Shown here piece by piece: positions 13,075 through 26,700 of a stretch of DNA of 64,000 nucleotides (positions within the stretch are counted from its first letter, which is position 1; each line of letters opens with the position of its first letter). The notes below the pieces were generated by a model. That model ran no database searches. It was not told where the DNA came from and was given only the letters and a program-made list of their open reading frames with translations. Source of the stretch: Lama guanicoe (lineage: Eukaryota); contig MU054301.1 in NCBI GenBank assembly GCA_013239625.1, forward strand, positions 26,974-90,973. The letters are read 5' to 3'. A program made the translations under genes and the position numbers.

Positions 13075-14483
13075 AGAGCCAGCGTCATCTGATGTTGGAG
13101 GCTGAGGGTGGTGATCATACATCAGGCCAACTTTGGCCTTCAGTCACTGCTCAGCAAGGGAAGTTGCAATCTCCTAGGCATAGTTATAAACACCAATGCA
13201 TAGTTAAGGTCAAACTCCAAATGTGGCAATGTGGGAGAAGGTGCCAGGCAGTTTTACAAGAGGTACTGGGCAGAACTTTTAAGGGGTCTCCATATGATTC
13301 CTGTGTGACTCTCCAGGTTTTCCTCAGTGGGAGATCTCAGCACGTAAAGGGGCTTTGCCAACATGGGGTTGAGTTTAAGGAAGCGAGAGGCTGGCTGACT
13401 GCAGGTCCGTTGAGGGGAGAGAGGAGAGTCCAGCCCTACATGTGGCCGAGAACGGGGGTGTTGGTCAGGAGACGGGGTGCAGAGCGAGCTGGCTGGGGGG
13501 GCCACAGAGTGTGCAACGAAAATGCCTTTCCTGAGAAAGAGCAAGCCCAAGACATGACTTTCTTGAGTTTTTTGTCTTTTATTTGCTCAAGATGGTGGAT
13601 ACCTTTCATCAGGTTAAATGCGTGGAAAGGAAACCACCCAAATTGGAGTCTATTCTGATGGAACAAAAGCACATTTTTAGTATTTTATCCTCAGATGCCT
13701 TTTCCTTTCCAAGCTTTGCCCCTTCGCTTTGCACTGCTCCTTGCTGTGACTTCTGCCCTGTCTGCCTGACATCGTCCCCAGGCCTCACCCCGAGAACACT
13801 GTGGCTGGCAGCCGGTCACCAGCTGCAACGTGATGGGGAGTGGGGTGCAGACAGCAGAGGCCTTCTCCCCGCTTGAATGTGCCTTCTCTGCTTCAGCACA
13901 CCCTGTGGTTACCCATCTCCTCTCCCACCTGGACCCCCTCTCTCTGTGGGAAGTACGACAGTGGGGCTTTATTTCTGTGAGGTAGGAAGCTTCCTTCTCC
14001 GTGAAGTTTAGCTAGGCATCACCCCGGGAGACCCAGGAGATGCGGCTGTTCAAGTCTCCAGTGGGGGCTGACGAGGAGACAGTGCCCCCTGTCCTGGGGC
14101 CCTGAGCAGCCCGAGGACAGGCAAAGGGCTGAAGAGTGTGGAAGGCAGCAGGCTGTGTGAGCTGGCGTGCGCCTGTGTGCCACCGCCAAGGGCCTGCAGA
14201 AACAGAAGCTGTTGTTCTGCTCAGAGCATGCTTTATCTTCGTAGAAAGGAACGAGTGAGATGGTTTTCTGATTAAGAACTGGAAACAGGGTGTCTTACAA
14301 AGCCTTTTGGGAAGGAAGAGTAGCAGGAATGGTTTCAGTCCAAAACGGAAGTAGGAGACTTCATTAGTAAACATTCTTTTTGGGAAACCACGTCTCTTTC
14401 AGCGTGAGGGGCTCGGCTCTCGGCGTCATGTCTGGCCTCCATGCTTGCAGTCTGGAAGCTCCTGTGTGTCGCCACAGGCACGG

Positions 14484-14738
14484 TTTTTATTTTTTTATTG
14501 AAGTAGAGTCAGTTTACAATGTTGTGTGTGTTTCCGGTGTACAGCACAGTGCTTCAGTCACACATCCACATCCACATATTCACTTTCATATTCTTTTTCA
14601 TTCTAGGTTACTACAGATATTGACTATAGTTCCCTGTGTTGTTTATCTACTTTATATATAGTAATTAGTATCTGCAAATCTGAAAGTCCCAGTTTATCCC
14701 TTCCCACCCTCTCCCCACCTCCCCGGGTAACCATAAGA
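14484..14738 (-). mobile_element. Short L1 3' end with target-site duplication
   Basis: Same family as 315-698. CACAGGCA repeated at 14473-14480 and 14741-14748. Confidence 0.8.
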
Positions 14739-16250
14739 ATCACAGGCATGTTTTTAACCTAAAGCTGGATACATCTAACGTAGGATTTGTCAGGGCATCT
14801 TTGTGACATTTTGCATCTTGATTTGTGCTTTTGACAGTCGAGTGTTTTGGTCCTTGGTGACAGAATTTGATGTTTAGAGCCAGGATGGATTGAAAATAAT
14901 CCCCGAGGGGAATGAACGCATAATATGAGCTGGACGGTGTGCAAACACGCTTTTCCTAGGCCTTTGGTGAAGGTATTGTTTTTCTGAGAGACTTGGGGAG
15001 TAAGACAAATGAATCTTTTGGGAAACGTAAAGGCTCCTGGCAAAGTGGAGCATAATGTGTGTATCTGATGTCCTGCTGGCAGCCACAGGAAGTCATGATT
15101 CTCTTCTCCCCAAATCAGCCTCCTTCTAGCAGACTTTTCATGGGGCAGAGAGTGAAGCACTGAAACACCAATCAAGCTAACTGCACCCCCCACAGAAAAA
15201 AGCAGCGGGGGCTCAGCCCAGGAAGGGGGGCCACTGGAGAGAGCTGCCCGCACCCTTGCCTTGACTCATCAAATGCTCAGGCAGGTGGTGGTGTTGGCAG
15301 TTTGCTGGCAGTGCCCAGCTTCATCGCTAGCTCTGACCCTCACATTAGAGGGGTTTTTTTTGTGTGTGTTCAGAGGCTTCCGTTTGCTGTCTCCTAAAAA
15401 GGGGCAGCTTACCTCAATGAATTATTTTTTGGATTGTAAAAGCACGTTTTCCATCCATGGAGTCCCAGCTGTGTGTTATCTTTATGGGTTAAGTGCTCTT
15501 TCAGGGGTTTTATGGCACATGCGACTATCTTTGTACTATTCTCTATTTGCAGGTCGTAACCCAGCTAACAGATAAAGCAGCTGGAATCTAAAGTGCTAAA
15601 GCTTACAGTTGACATAACCCCTTTTCTCCCTTCTGTCTATCTCTTAGCCTCTCTGTCTCTCTCTCCTTCCCCCGACCCGTTCTCTTCCATTCATATGTTA
15701 AACTTACATCTGCTATTTTATTTTTTTTTCCTGTTGATTACCGCTAAAAGTTTCTCTGTTTCTTTTTTATGCCTTCCTGTGGAGGTGCCGGCTCTCCCCG
15801 GGGGCCGTCGCCCGTGGGGGCGGGGGCGGGTGGGCTGCAGTGTTGCTTCCCCGGTGGTACTTGACTGCAATAAGGCAGTTTTGTGTAAAAGTTTCCTGTC
15901 TTGCTATGCTGTTCCTTTTCTGGTCCTTTGGCTAGAGAGAGCAGACTTCTCTTGTTTTGTTTTGGTTTTTGTCTTCTAGCTGTTAACGCTTCCCAGCTTC
16001 TTAGTCTGGGATAAATGAGGAAATAAGAAGGGAACTCATCGCCGTGTCATTCCTCACAATCCCAAAGCCCCCAGCTGGACCGCTTTCCTCTCATCTGCAG
16101 TCTCCTTGTATGTGTTTTATATATAATGCCCAGGCGTGTAAGCTGTGATCAGAGGGACAAGAGGAAGTGCATCTGCTCCATACTGCTGCAGAGCCAAAAG
16201 ACTGACCTATAGTTTTGTTTGTAAAGCAACTATATTCTCTTCTCTAAGAA

Positions 16251-16254
<4 letters not shown>

Positions 16255-16282
<28 letters not shown>
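16255..16282. repeat. (GT)n microsatellite
   Basis: Pure TG run of about 14 units. Confidence 0.95.
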
Positions 16283-16284
<2 letters not shown>

Positions 16285-16288
16285 GCAC

Positions 16289-16801
16289 TTTACGGAGTCC
16301 AAATTCATTCTGCTCACAGCACAACAGGCCAATAAATCGGGAGACGAGGTGTTGGGGCAAAGAATAGTGACTATTTGGAAAATCCGCAGACTGAGAGGAT
16401 GGCAGACTAAAGGCTTGGAGAACCATCTTACTCAAGTCAGAATTCAGGCTTCTAAAAAGGGGAGGGAGTGTGGTTGGTTGTTGCAGATTTCTTGATGTAG
16501 GAATTCTTTTGTTCTTGCAGCTGTCCATGTGGGTCAGGTCATGGTGCCCCTGTGAAATCTCTAACAAGGCAAATGTTATTTTCTATTCTGCAACTTGTCA
16601 TCCTTATATAAGTGGGGGAAGTGTTAATATCCTTAAAGCTCAGAGCCTTGGGAACAGGCTGTCCTGTCTATTTCTGGCTAAAGGCAACATTGTTTTACAA
16701 AAGGTGCAAAGCGAGCAAGTTGGAGCCTAGAAAACAGGGCACAGAGTTAAAGCCAAAGGAGCCGATCTAATATTGAGTCAGATTTGTTCTTTCCGGTTAC
16801 A
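16289..16801. mobile_element. Solo ERV LTR (513 bp)
   Basis: Ends T(G)TTAC...GTTACA. GGCAC direct repeat at 16284-16288 and 16802-16806. Confidence 0.75.
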
Positions 16802-17698
16802 GGCACTCCGTGCTTTATCCTTTGACTTTGTGCACTTTCTAATCCAGTCAGCGTGCACTCCGGGCAGGTGCCCCACTTTGAGGAGCAGTGGCCTGTGGCT
16901 GACATCTGCTGAGGGCTCATTATATGAGCACACACTGGTCGGAGAGAGTAAACTCAAGGTCTAAGGGAGCAAACTCATGCAATCCTCATAATAACCTTAG
17001 TAAGTAGGTACTATTGTTACTCCATTTTATAGATGAAGAAGTTGGGTCAGGCAGATGTTTAATATTTTCCCAAGGTCGTGCAGCTGGACAGGAGCAGAGG
17101 CCTGAACCGGCATCCTGTGGTCCCTCTCTCATGGGAAAATGCATGTGGGTTTTGAAGCCAGAAAATCATCTCTGCCTCTTAGCAGTGGCAAACTTTGTCA
17201 AATTCCTTAATATAGTCAAGCTTCAGTTTCTTCTTCTATAAAATAGAGGTAAAATGGTCTGCCTTATTGTGTTTAGAAAATGATAAATAACATCTACATG
17301 GCCCTTAGTGAATAGCAGACGTTCAGTAAGTTACTTCTGAGGGCGTCTCCTCATTATGCGGTTTACCTGTACCCGCAGAGGCTCAGTAGTGATTAAGAGT
17401 ATGCAGTCTATAGAGTTAGACGGATGGAATTTAGATTTTTGCACCATAACAAATGTTGCCAAGTGACCTGAGCAAATCCGCTTCCTTCTCCATACCTCAT
17501 CTATGCAGTGGGTATGATGACGCCAATCTCAAAAGGTGGTGTGAGCAGTTGATGAGGTCGCTGTGTGAGGACCTTCACGGTGTCTAGACGCTCAGTGAAC
17601 AGTTGTGTTTCTGAGAGTCTAAATGCACCAGTCCCTAGACGAGGCCCCATCTCTGGGTTGGTGCCACCCCTGAGGCACCAGCAGCCCTCACTGGGGAG

Positions 17699-18195
17699 TG
17701 TCAATGAAAAATATTGACAGCTGTGGCAGTAACAAAGGATGCTGTGGCTGTCAAGTCATCAGACACGACCGCCACCCCTCCCCTGACAGCGGAGGGAACT
17801 CAGGATGCAGACAAGCAGGCAGCCTGGCCTCTGCAGACACCCCTGGAGGTGCCCCTGGAGGGAACTCAGCATGTGGAAGTATAAGACGCTGGCCCTAGAC
17901 AGCTAGGTGCACATCAAAGGAGTGACTTCAGTGAGCCCAGACCTTTGCACCTTCCCATACTTAGAAAAGGGCTAAATTCCTTCGCTGGAGGTGGCTGGTT
18001 TTCCTTAGCAGTTGTCTTTTGATGTTCTGACTACCTGGTCTTTGTTAGAAAAAACTCCTGTGTACGCTGCCTTCTCCCTTGCCTGGGTGGAACAGTCTCT
18101 TAGAATGATCCGAGAGGCGGGGTCCAGGGCTTGAGTCCCCAGGACGTCTGCCAAATAGCTCTCAACTTTTAGGTTTTGCATTTTATCAGTTGACA
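17699..18195. mobile_element. Solo ERV1-class LTR (497 bp)
   Basis: Inverted termini TGTCAA...TTGACA and a 4-bp GGAG target-site duplication (17695-17698, 18196-18199). Confidence 0.85.
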
Positions 18196-18989
18196 GGAGC
18201 CTGGCAGGACCGTCCCACTTCCTCTGGCTAGGGTTCCCTCAAAGCAAGGTCTGCTCTTCGTGGGATCCAACCCTTGGCAAGGCAGACTTGCTTCTGAGAT
18301 ACGGCCAGGTGCCCCAGCGCCCGGGCTGACGCACTCAGCATCTTACCCGACACTGGCTCACTCTGTACAATCTGTCACAGCGGAAGGAAGGTTTTGTGAT
18401 GGCTTTGACGCTGAGCACTGACCCAATACTGTCCCTGGATTTTATTTTTCCAGAATTCAGTAATTAGGATAAATTGCAAACACTATTTTCTGAGAGGCTA
18501 CTCCCCACATCCCTGGCCAGGGAAAGGAAGAATGTCATAATCTTTATTATTATTAGCACACACGAGACTCCTGCCACTGAATTTTGAAGCCTTTTGGAAC
18601 AAAAATTGTAACCGTTACAAGGGACCTCCCCCAGTGACAGTGCAGCATTAAGCGATGGCTTCAAAGGATGGATTCCAAACGCCAAGTGAGGACCTATTGG
18701 GGTTTCTTAGTCAGGATGGGAATTTGTGGAAATACAGGTACATTGTGGGACACGTATAATGAGGGAAACTTTCATCTTCTAGTGACTTTTGTTTTGGGGC
18801 ATGCCTACACATACACCTTGCACCTCATGGAATACGGAAGAAAATCCTGTTCTCCCCTCTTCCCTTCTTTAGACAAGTGATTATTTTTCAATCCTATCTC
18901 TCAAGCTACCCCTAGCTTTCAGCATGAGGAATTTCAAGGGTCTATGGAAATGTGACATTTCTGGGGTTAAATCAGCTCTCTTACAAGGA

Positions 18990-19134
18990 CAATACTTGTA
19001 GTAGCTGACGGTGAAAAAGAATATGAAAATAAATATATGTATATTCATGTATGACTGAAGCATTGGGCTGTACACCAGAAATTGACACAGCATTGTAAAC
19101 TGACTACGTCAATAACAACAAATAAATAAATAGA

Positions 19135-19181
<47 letters not shown>

Positions 19182-19300
19182 AACTTAGCAACATGAATGG
19201 ACCTGGAGATCATTCTAAGTGAAGTAAGTCAGAAAGAGAAAGAAAAATACCATATGATATCACTCATACGTAGATTCTTAAAAAAAAAAGAAAAAAAAGA
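18990..19300 (+). mobile_element. Two adjacent L1 3' fragments with a (TAAA)n tail
   Basis: L1 3' tip plus (TAAA)n at about 19120-19182, then an ORF2-end/3' UTR piece (ATGGACCTGGAGATCATTCTAAGTGAAGTAAGTCAG) ending in poly(A). Confidence 0.8.
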
Positions 19301-19674
19301 ATTTCTCTAAAAACCAAGTTGTTCTATTTGATTAGTTAAGTTCAACACTGATCACAAGATTATCACACAGATAGTTTGACTCACTTATTTAAAATATTTT
19401 TGATTATAATAATATGTATGAAAAAATCTATGGAACTGTGTATTATTCAACAACATTAATATGGTCTATGCTAGGTGCCATACTAAGTGTTGGCAATACA
19501 AAGATAACAGAAATAAAACATCCAACTTCACTGGAAAAAAAAAAGATGATGCAGGCACAGAACATCAGAAATTTAAATCATGGCTCTGTTACATGACATT
19601 GGCAATTGTGAGTAAGTGTTAATCATCAAAACCAACCCTCTAATGAACAAATCGAGGCTCTAAATTACAAATTT

Positions 19675-19822
19675 GGGGGGAGAGTATAGCTTAAGTGGTA
19701 GAGTGAGTGCTTAGCATGCACAATGTCCTAGGTTCCATCCCCAGTACTTCCACTAAAAATACGTATCTGTATATAAATAAATAAAATAAATAAATTACCT
19801 CTCCCAAGTAAATAAATAAAAA
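19675..19822 (+). mobile_element. tRNA-derived SINE
   Basis: GGGGAGAGTATAGCTTAAGTGGTAGAG...CTAGGTTCCATCCCCAGTAC followed by an A-rich tail. Confidence 0.85.
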
Positions 19823-20118
19823 TTAGACATGTTAAGAAAAAAGATGAGCTTAAAAAAAAAAACTAAAAAAAAATGTGCAAGCTAAAAGCAAGTCTCAAAT
19901 AAAATGGCACACAATGGGGGCCGTCTAATGAAGGCATGCATTCAGATCATCTAGGCTGAGCCCAGCTTTTTGATTTCTAGAAATAAGAGGTAATTACCTT
20001 GGTGGAAACAGAAATCTCCTAAGGCTGCATTCGTTTGCAATAACATCATAAAATAATCTAGGTCTCACAGTACTCTCCAGACACCAGACACCAGAATTCA
20101 CTTTTCTTTGTGTTTCAG

Positions 20119-20203
20119 GTTGGGCTTCCCAATGATGGTCATCTCCTGCACGGTTCGGATGTGCTACCTCCTAATCACCCACGTCGTGATGGGCTGGAAT
20201 TGA
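20119..20203 (+). CDS. OCA2: OCA2 final coding exon to stop codon
   Basis: Polypyrimidine tract and tttcag|G TTG GGC..., translating (R)[27 protein letters not shown]. In frame with the previous exon. Confidence 0.94.
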
Positions 20204-20698
20204 TAGCTCTCCAGTGTGTGAAGACTAAGGTAAACTTGATCCATTACCAACATCAGTGAAAACTGCCCCACTGGGGGTGCTCTGGAATGGAGACCTTTGG
20301 CACACACACTTTTACTTGGGTGCATGCTGGCAAATGCTGGGAAATACAAAAATACATTTTGCTTTGCTCTGTAGGAAAAGCCACAGATGCGAGAGTCCAC
20401 TCCAAATGGCTCATGTTGTTTGAATGTCACTTTTCCTTGAGGCTTTCAGTAGTTTTCTTCATGTAATCACTTTTCATGGTAAAATAATCTACATTCAAAT
20501 TGTACACCCTCTGAATACATATTCTTCTTTGGAAAGGCAGACAGTTTATAAAGAAACTTTATATGTGTTAAAAAAATATTATCCCTTGACAAAAAGTCTT
20601 AGAATCTGTTAGTCTCTTAGGTTTTTTTTAAGTAGTTTATAGCATGTAAAATTGCATTTTCTCCATTTATGTTTTTCTCTGAAGTTTTTAAGTCATCA

Positions 20699-20704
20699 AT
20701 TAAA
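20699..20704 (+). terminator. OCA2: Probable OCA2 polyadenylation signal (ATTAAA)
   Basis: ATTAAA about 500 nt after the stop codon, ending an AT-rich 3' UTR-like stretch. Confidence 0.6.
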
Positions 20705-23700
20705 AGTCTAGAAACTTGACTTGGAGAAGTGCTTTTTAAAAAAATGACATTTTAAATATTTACCAACCTGCAACGAGCATCTTCAGTTTTGAAGATGAGG
20801 CACGCTATTTCCATCAGTTACACCAAAGTGTGGTCAATACAGTCAGCTCAGTGCACCCACAGGGCTCCAGGGGTCTGGTCTGTGCTTACCAAATGCTCTT
20901 CTTTTGTGGAATGTGACATGTGAGGCAAAGACAATGAGAGCACAAAGCAGGAGGGAGCTGGGCTGCAGCTGAGGTCCCGTCTGCTGTGCTTGGTCAGTTC
21001 CAGGGCTGTGCCCTAGGCAACAGGCCTCTTCAATTTCCGTCTACTGTGTGGGTGAGACTTTGAGATGAGAGGAAACTGTTTACTGGGGACTTTGCTCAGG
21101 AGCGATAGTTGTGTAAGTGTCTGAATTCGGAAGGTTTCAGATCCACAGGGCACCAAGAACTGGAACAGTGGAGACCCCATTTCTGTCCTGGGCACCCTCC
21201 GACTGGGCACTTTTGGAACGTGAGCATGGTGCGCATGGGGGTGGAGGGCGGGGTATAAAAGAACTGCAAGCAGGTCAGAGGAACTGCACCCAGGGCTTTC
21301 ACCACTCTCTGGGGGGTTTCCTCCCCTGTGATAAAATCCGCGTCTCCTACGGTCCCCAGCTGGACCCCTAGACAGCAGCAAGTGCTCCGTTCAGAGCCAC
21401 GGTTACGTGCCGAGCTTTCAGGGACAGAGGCTGGGTTGGAGCCTAAATGCACAGACTGGGAGGGAAAGGGATTTCAGCTACTCTGACCACTTCCTGCTGA
21501 ATGAAACACAGCGGCCAAGCCTTCACGTTTCAAAAGTGCCCAGTTGGTGAGGAGACCCACCGCAGGGCAGGAGACGGGAAGAAACTGTCCTTAACCCAGG
21601 CCCCAGATGAGCAAACGGCCCAGTGACACTCACTCAGCCCAGAGGGCCCTCAGCCTGAATGTGAACGTGGGGAACCCGGGCAGAAGTGGGCGCCAGGCCT
21701 GCGCAAGGTGGCGGCGGCTCTCAGCACCCCCCTCACCACCCGCCTGCCCAGCCTTCCTCACTGAGTCACAAGGGAACTGGGTGGGAAGAATTTCAGACTC
21801 ATGCGTTTGGCCCCGCGTGGGGCTGGGACTCCGCCTCCATCCGAGTGGAGGGCAGTGATGCTCACCGAATAGGGTGTGTCTGGAGCCAGCTGCTCCAAGT
21901 GCGCCGTGGGGGTGTTTCCTGGCACCACAACCTGGAGGGGAGGACCTAACAGATTCTGTCTAACAACCCAAATGCTTACTGACTCTTATTAGCATAATAA
22001 TGTTTATAGTAAAGGCCTGAGTCTTAGTACTATTCCACTTTCTAAGTAAATTAGTAACACAGACAGCAGAAGTTACTAATTTGAGTAGGGAGAGTGTCAG
22101 AACACCTGAGGGAAAGTAAATTTATGAGACTTTACAAAAAGAAGCAGGGACCATGAACAAAGATAAACAAATGTTGAGCCTGTCCGAGTGTTGATTTGCA
22201 CCCTTGTGTGCGGCAGGACGTGTTCAGACAGCACTGCCCTTGTCCATCGCAAGGTGTAGCTCCATTTTAATAGAAAAACCTCTCCCTGAGAAGTGTCTCT
22301 AACATTCGGGCTACTTACTCCTCTGCACAAAGCTGTGAATTCAAACACTTCAAAAGTAAGCTAATACTGAGTTACAATCCGTATCTCTGCCGTCACTGAG
22401 CTAGAGGTTTGCCCCATCACTTTAAAAAAATGCCCAGGTCTGCAAATATTGCCGGCGGTGGGGAAGGGGTTGGTAGTGGAAATTGCTTTCATCTGAACAT
22501 TTAAAATCAGCAGGCCTTTGTTTAGGACTTAGAATGTTCTAGATGCTGGCAGAGCAGGCCTGGATCCATTAGGCCCTCTGGCGGACCCTGCCTTTTGAAT
22601 GAGGTGACCAGGTGGGGAGCACCGAAACACGGCTCAGTTTAGTCTCACACTGTGCTTTCAAAGTGTGTGCAGCGGGGCGTTCTCCCCCAGTTGCTAGAAG
22701 AAAACTAGTGCTCCCATGGATTTTTGGTGAATTTTGAGGGAATACGATGTCCTAGAGTATGTGTCACAAACACCTTCCTGACCTAACAGCTAAAGCTGTC
22801 CCTGCTACTGAGCACCCCCACCCCCCCACGTCCTGCTGTGCTGGCCGAGGAGGGGGCTGGGTCTGCCTCCTCGGGGCATTACCACTCCTCCCAAGCTCCC
22901 CTCCCGACCCCCTAGGCTGTTGGAAATTGCTTAAGCTGGGCTGTCCTGGGACTGTCTCCCACCCTCTGGGGGGGAGGGGCTGGTGTCTCCCTCATGGGTT
23001 TCAGCCTCTCCCCAGACACACTCATTACCGCCCTCTCCCCCCAAAAAGTCTTCATGCCAAATCTCCCCTTCCCAACTCCACCAGAAACCTGGATTATACA
23101 CTCAACAAGGGCAGCGCATTCTCCAGGCACGAGGCAGACACCTGTAGTTTTGTGAAACTCTCCATTTCTCTTTCCCAGTGTCTCACTTTGCATGATAGTC
23201 TGGCTAACTCTTAGAGCAGTGCCAGAAGCCTTCTAAGTCAAGCACCGAAAGTGTGAAGAAGAGAGAGTCCCCACAGAAACCAGCAGCTTCCCGGGCCTGG
23301 AGCGGGTAGACTTGGGGTGGGCAGAGTGGAGGTGAGAGAGGGGGGCAGGTGCAGGAGCATGCCGGCTGGTAGCCACATCCGGAGGGAGAGACAGAGGCGT
23401 GTGCGTACCTCTCCGGTCCACAGTCTCCTGCTGGCACTCTCCTTCGCGGGAAAGCGTCCTTCTGCTGGGGCTGGAGGTGCAGAGCGCACAGGGGGCCGGG
23501 CGGCGAGGACCCCGAGGGGCAGGTGTGGTGACCAAGTGTCTGCTGCCCAGGGTCCCTTGCTCCCCGCGTGGCTGCGTCCGCTACGTCTCTGTTCCCTTTT
23601 CCGAGCTCCCACTTTAGCTCTCGGAAGGGTCTTCCTGCCCACTAAGTGACAAGCCTCTTTGTCGTATTTCTCATCTAAATACACGCTCCCAACAATGGTG

Positions 23701-26700
23701 TTTTGAATGAATGAGTAGAAATTAGGAAAGTCGTTACGAAGCTGGAGGCTGAAAGCCCAGAAGGTGCAGGTGCAGACGGCCCAGGATGGACTTCGGGTCC
23801 CGAATCATTTCAGGAGTCCGCATACGGGACAGACAAGGCTTCACCTTCCTGCATCGTGAACCTTGTGGTTTCTTTCCTTTGGTTCCACAGGGTTAGTAGA
23901 GTCGGTTTTTTAAGTAGAGCCTTGGCTATTGAACTGCATTAAGCGGAGTGAAGGAAAGGAGTTCCTCCCCACGTAGAGAGCGGCAGGAGGGACGTCCCTG
24001 GCTACCTGGGGCCGCTGGGCTGAGGGAGGCAGTCGGGGGATGATCTGGCCGCCCTGGGGCGTGGCCACGCAGGGTTTTGTGACATCACCGTCAGTGCAGA
24101 CCCCAGGCACAGAGAGAGCGGGGTGAGGGTCAGCTGGGGACAGGGCCAGGCCGGGGTCTTGCCTGCCATCAGCGTGGGCAGGGCTCTGCAGGGGGAGCAA
24201 ATAATCTGGACACCCGGGCCTTAGAAGGACGAACAAAGGTGAATCTTGCTTTTCCCATACGCCAGGCTCTGCTCTCTGTGGGGACCCAGGCTGGGGGAGC
24301 AGCCGTATCTCAAAGGTGGCCTTTGCCACACACGCAGGGGCGTGCCTTCCTTCCCCCCAGGTTCTGCTCGCATCCAGGACTGGCTGTGTCCCCGGACCCC
24401 AGGCAGAATCCCTTGTGGCCCCACCCAGCCACCAGGGGAGCAGACCCGGGACCCTAATACCTGCCAGGTGGGAGGTGAGGGGGCTGCAGGACTGGGGACC
24501 CCTGGGACAATGAATGGGAGACTCCCCGCCCTACATGGCTATGTGCGCGCTAGGTGGCCCTGGGTCCCTGGACGTCTCTCTTCCTGGCGGCCCCTCCCTG
24601 GGATCCTGGATGTTGAGAGACATCTACTGTGTTCTTGCTCTGTGTTCTCTTCAAGGCTCTGGGTCTGGGGGGACCAGGGCAAGCAGTCCCCACCCCCGGA
24701 AGCCCCAGTCGGGTGGAAGTCCACAGGGTTTCGATTGCTTTGTGTTCGCTTGACCACTGGGGGCGGAGGGGCTCCTGCGGCCAAGGGTAAATGCGGCAGA
24801 TACACAGAGACCAGGACAACTCGCAGCAGAGATAACAGGGCTCAGCCTCAGGGGTGCACCATGGGTGTAGACAAGGCTTTGGCAATTGTGGGCATTGGAA
24901 ACACAGCGGGAAAAGACGCAGACCCTCAGGGCTGAGGTGTCCTGGTCAGCGGAAGATGGGATTGGCAGCCCCGGCAGGTGACTGTGTCACTGGTGGCGTC
25001 CTTGTCCTCCAGGTGCTCAGAGCCCAGGTGAGAGGATCCGGACGCTAAACTGGTTGACCTCACTGCCCCCACTACCGACAATAGCACGTCTGCCATCAGT
25101 GCACACCTGGTGATGGGGGTCCTCATGCGGCCACTTCATGAAAGGGCAGGTCACATGTGACGCCCAGCACCTTCGTCCCGGGACCCCAGCCCCTGACGGT
25201 GACACGTAGGCAGCTGGCTCCCGGGGCTGCAGCACCAACACCACTGTAGACACCAAGTGTGCACTGGACAGGTGTAAACACACCCCACCCTCCAAAGCTT
25301 CTATTTGGAAGCAAACCCTTTAAGAAACATGGCTCACCTAACAGCGTTCAAAACACATTGCTCCAAAACACAGCCAAGCTGGTGGGTGTCCTGCTGCCCA
25401 GACCATCAGAAGAGCTTCTCCTTACTTGTTTTCCAGAGTGAAAAATTCACTAAGCCCTTGGTTTCCTCTCATTGCCTCCTTGATTTAAAAAGCTTAGGAA
25501 TAATGTAAGGTCTAAATGATGGACTTTCAAGAAAAAAGTGTCTTTCCCTTTGGCAATGCACATAATGAAGGTATAATGCTACGCAAACCAAATTGCACCT
25601 GACGCAGCTTAAGTAGCTCATGTTTTGAATTTGTCTTTTCCAAATCCCTTATGATAGAAAATGACAGTATTTCTCTCATGGCTGTCCCTATAAAAATACA
25701 AGAATGAAAACTGATGTTCAAATGACTCAAGTATGTCTGTATAATTCCCCGGCATGGGCTCCTACATCACAGGTGCCCATCAATTAAGAAGATTCAGTAT
25801 CGTGCAGCAAAGGTCTGCGAGTGAGTCTATTAATTCTCATAATAAAATGAGAGAACCACGAACCTTACTTACGCCCCGCCGCGGGCCTGTGACGGAGTCC
25901 TCGTGAGCAGTGGCCGTTTTATTTAGCGCTGAGGCTGTGACAGATCCTGCACATTGCTTCGCATTACACACTCCCTGTCTAGCCATGGAGCAAACGGCTT
26001 GGTACTTTCTGCTTCTACTTACAAACGCAGCCAGTAATTGGAGCAGCTTCTCCACGCGGCTCCTCTGCTGTCAGGAGTGTCAGTAGCCTGGCTTCCCCGG
26101 AGCCTGGACGTGCGGTGGGAGGGGCCCTGGAGAAAGATTTTGTTGTTCTTTACAGTCAATAGTTTCCCTGCCTTTATCCCTTGTGTTTGCTTTCCTCCCC
26201 CCTCCACAAGGTTATCTGCTTCTTTTTGAGAAAGTGGTTATTTGAGAAGAAAATACGAATTAAAAAACAGTTACCTGTTTAAACATTGGACCACTGTGTT
26301 ATATTGTTGTCAAAACCCAAGGAAATCTGACCTTATGGTAGTTGGAGCACAGTGGAAGTACGTTTCGGTTTCCTTGGGGGGGCCAATATTTGGTAGTACA
26401 TACCTGAGAGACTGGCAGCATGTCCCCCAAAATGGAACTCCCCAGAGTCCACCGACAGGTGAGTGGCGTGTCCACACAGTAGGATACTGGCCGCCGCGAA
26501 GAGGGATGAAGAATGACACGGGCTTCAACCTGGATGAGCACATGCGGAGCGGAAGAGGCCAGTCACAGACGACCACACGTTCCCTGATTGCCCTTAGGGG
26601 AAAAGTGCAGAGAGGGGAACTCTGCAGAGATAGGCTGGAGCAGTGGTTAACTGGGCTGGAGTAACTCCCACCTGCACCCAGGATGCACAGCAGAGCCACA

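Noticed and set aside
19675..19750. tRNA-like sequence (also at about 2130, 13010 and 45240)
   Set aside because: These are SINE heads with A-rich tails and degenerate stems, not tRNA genes.
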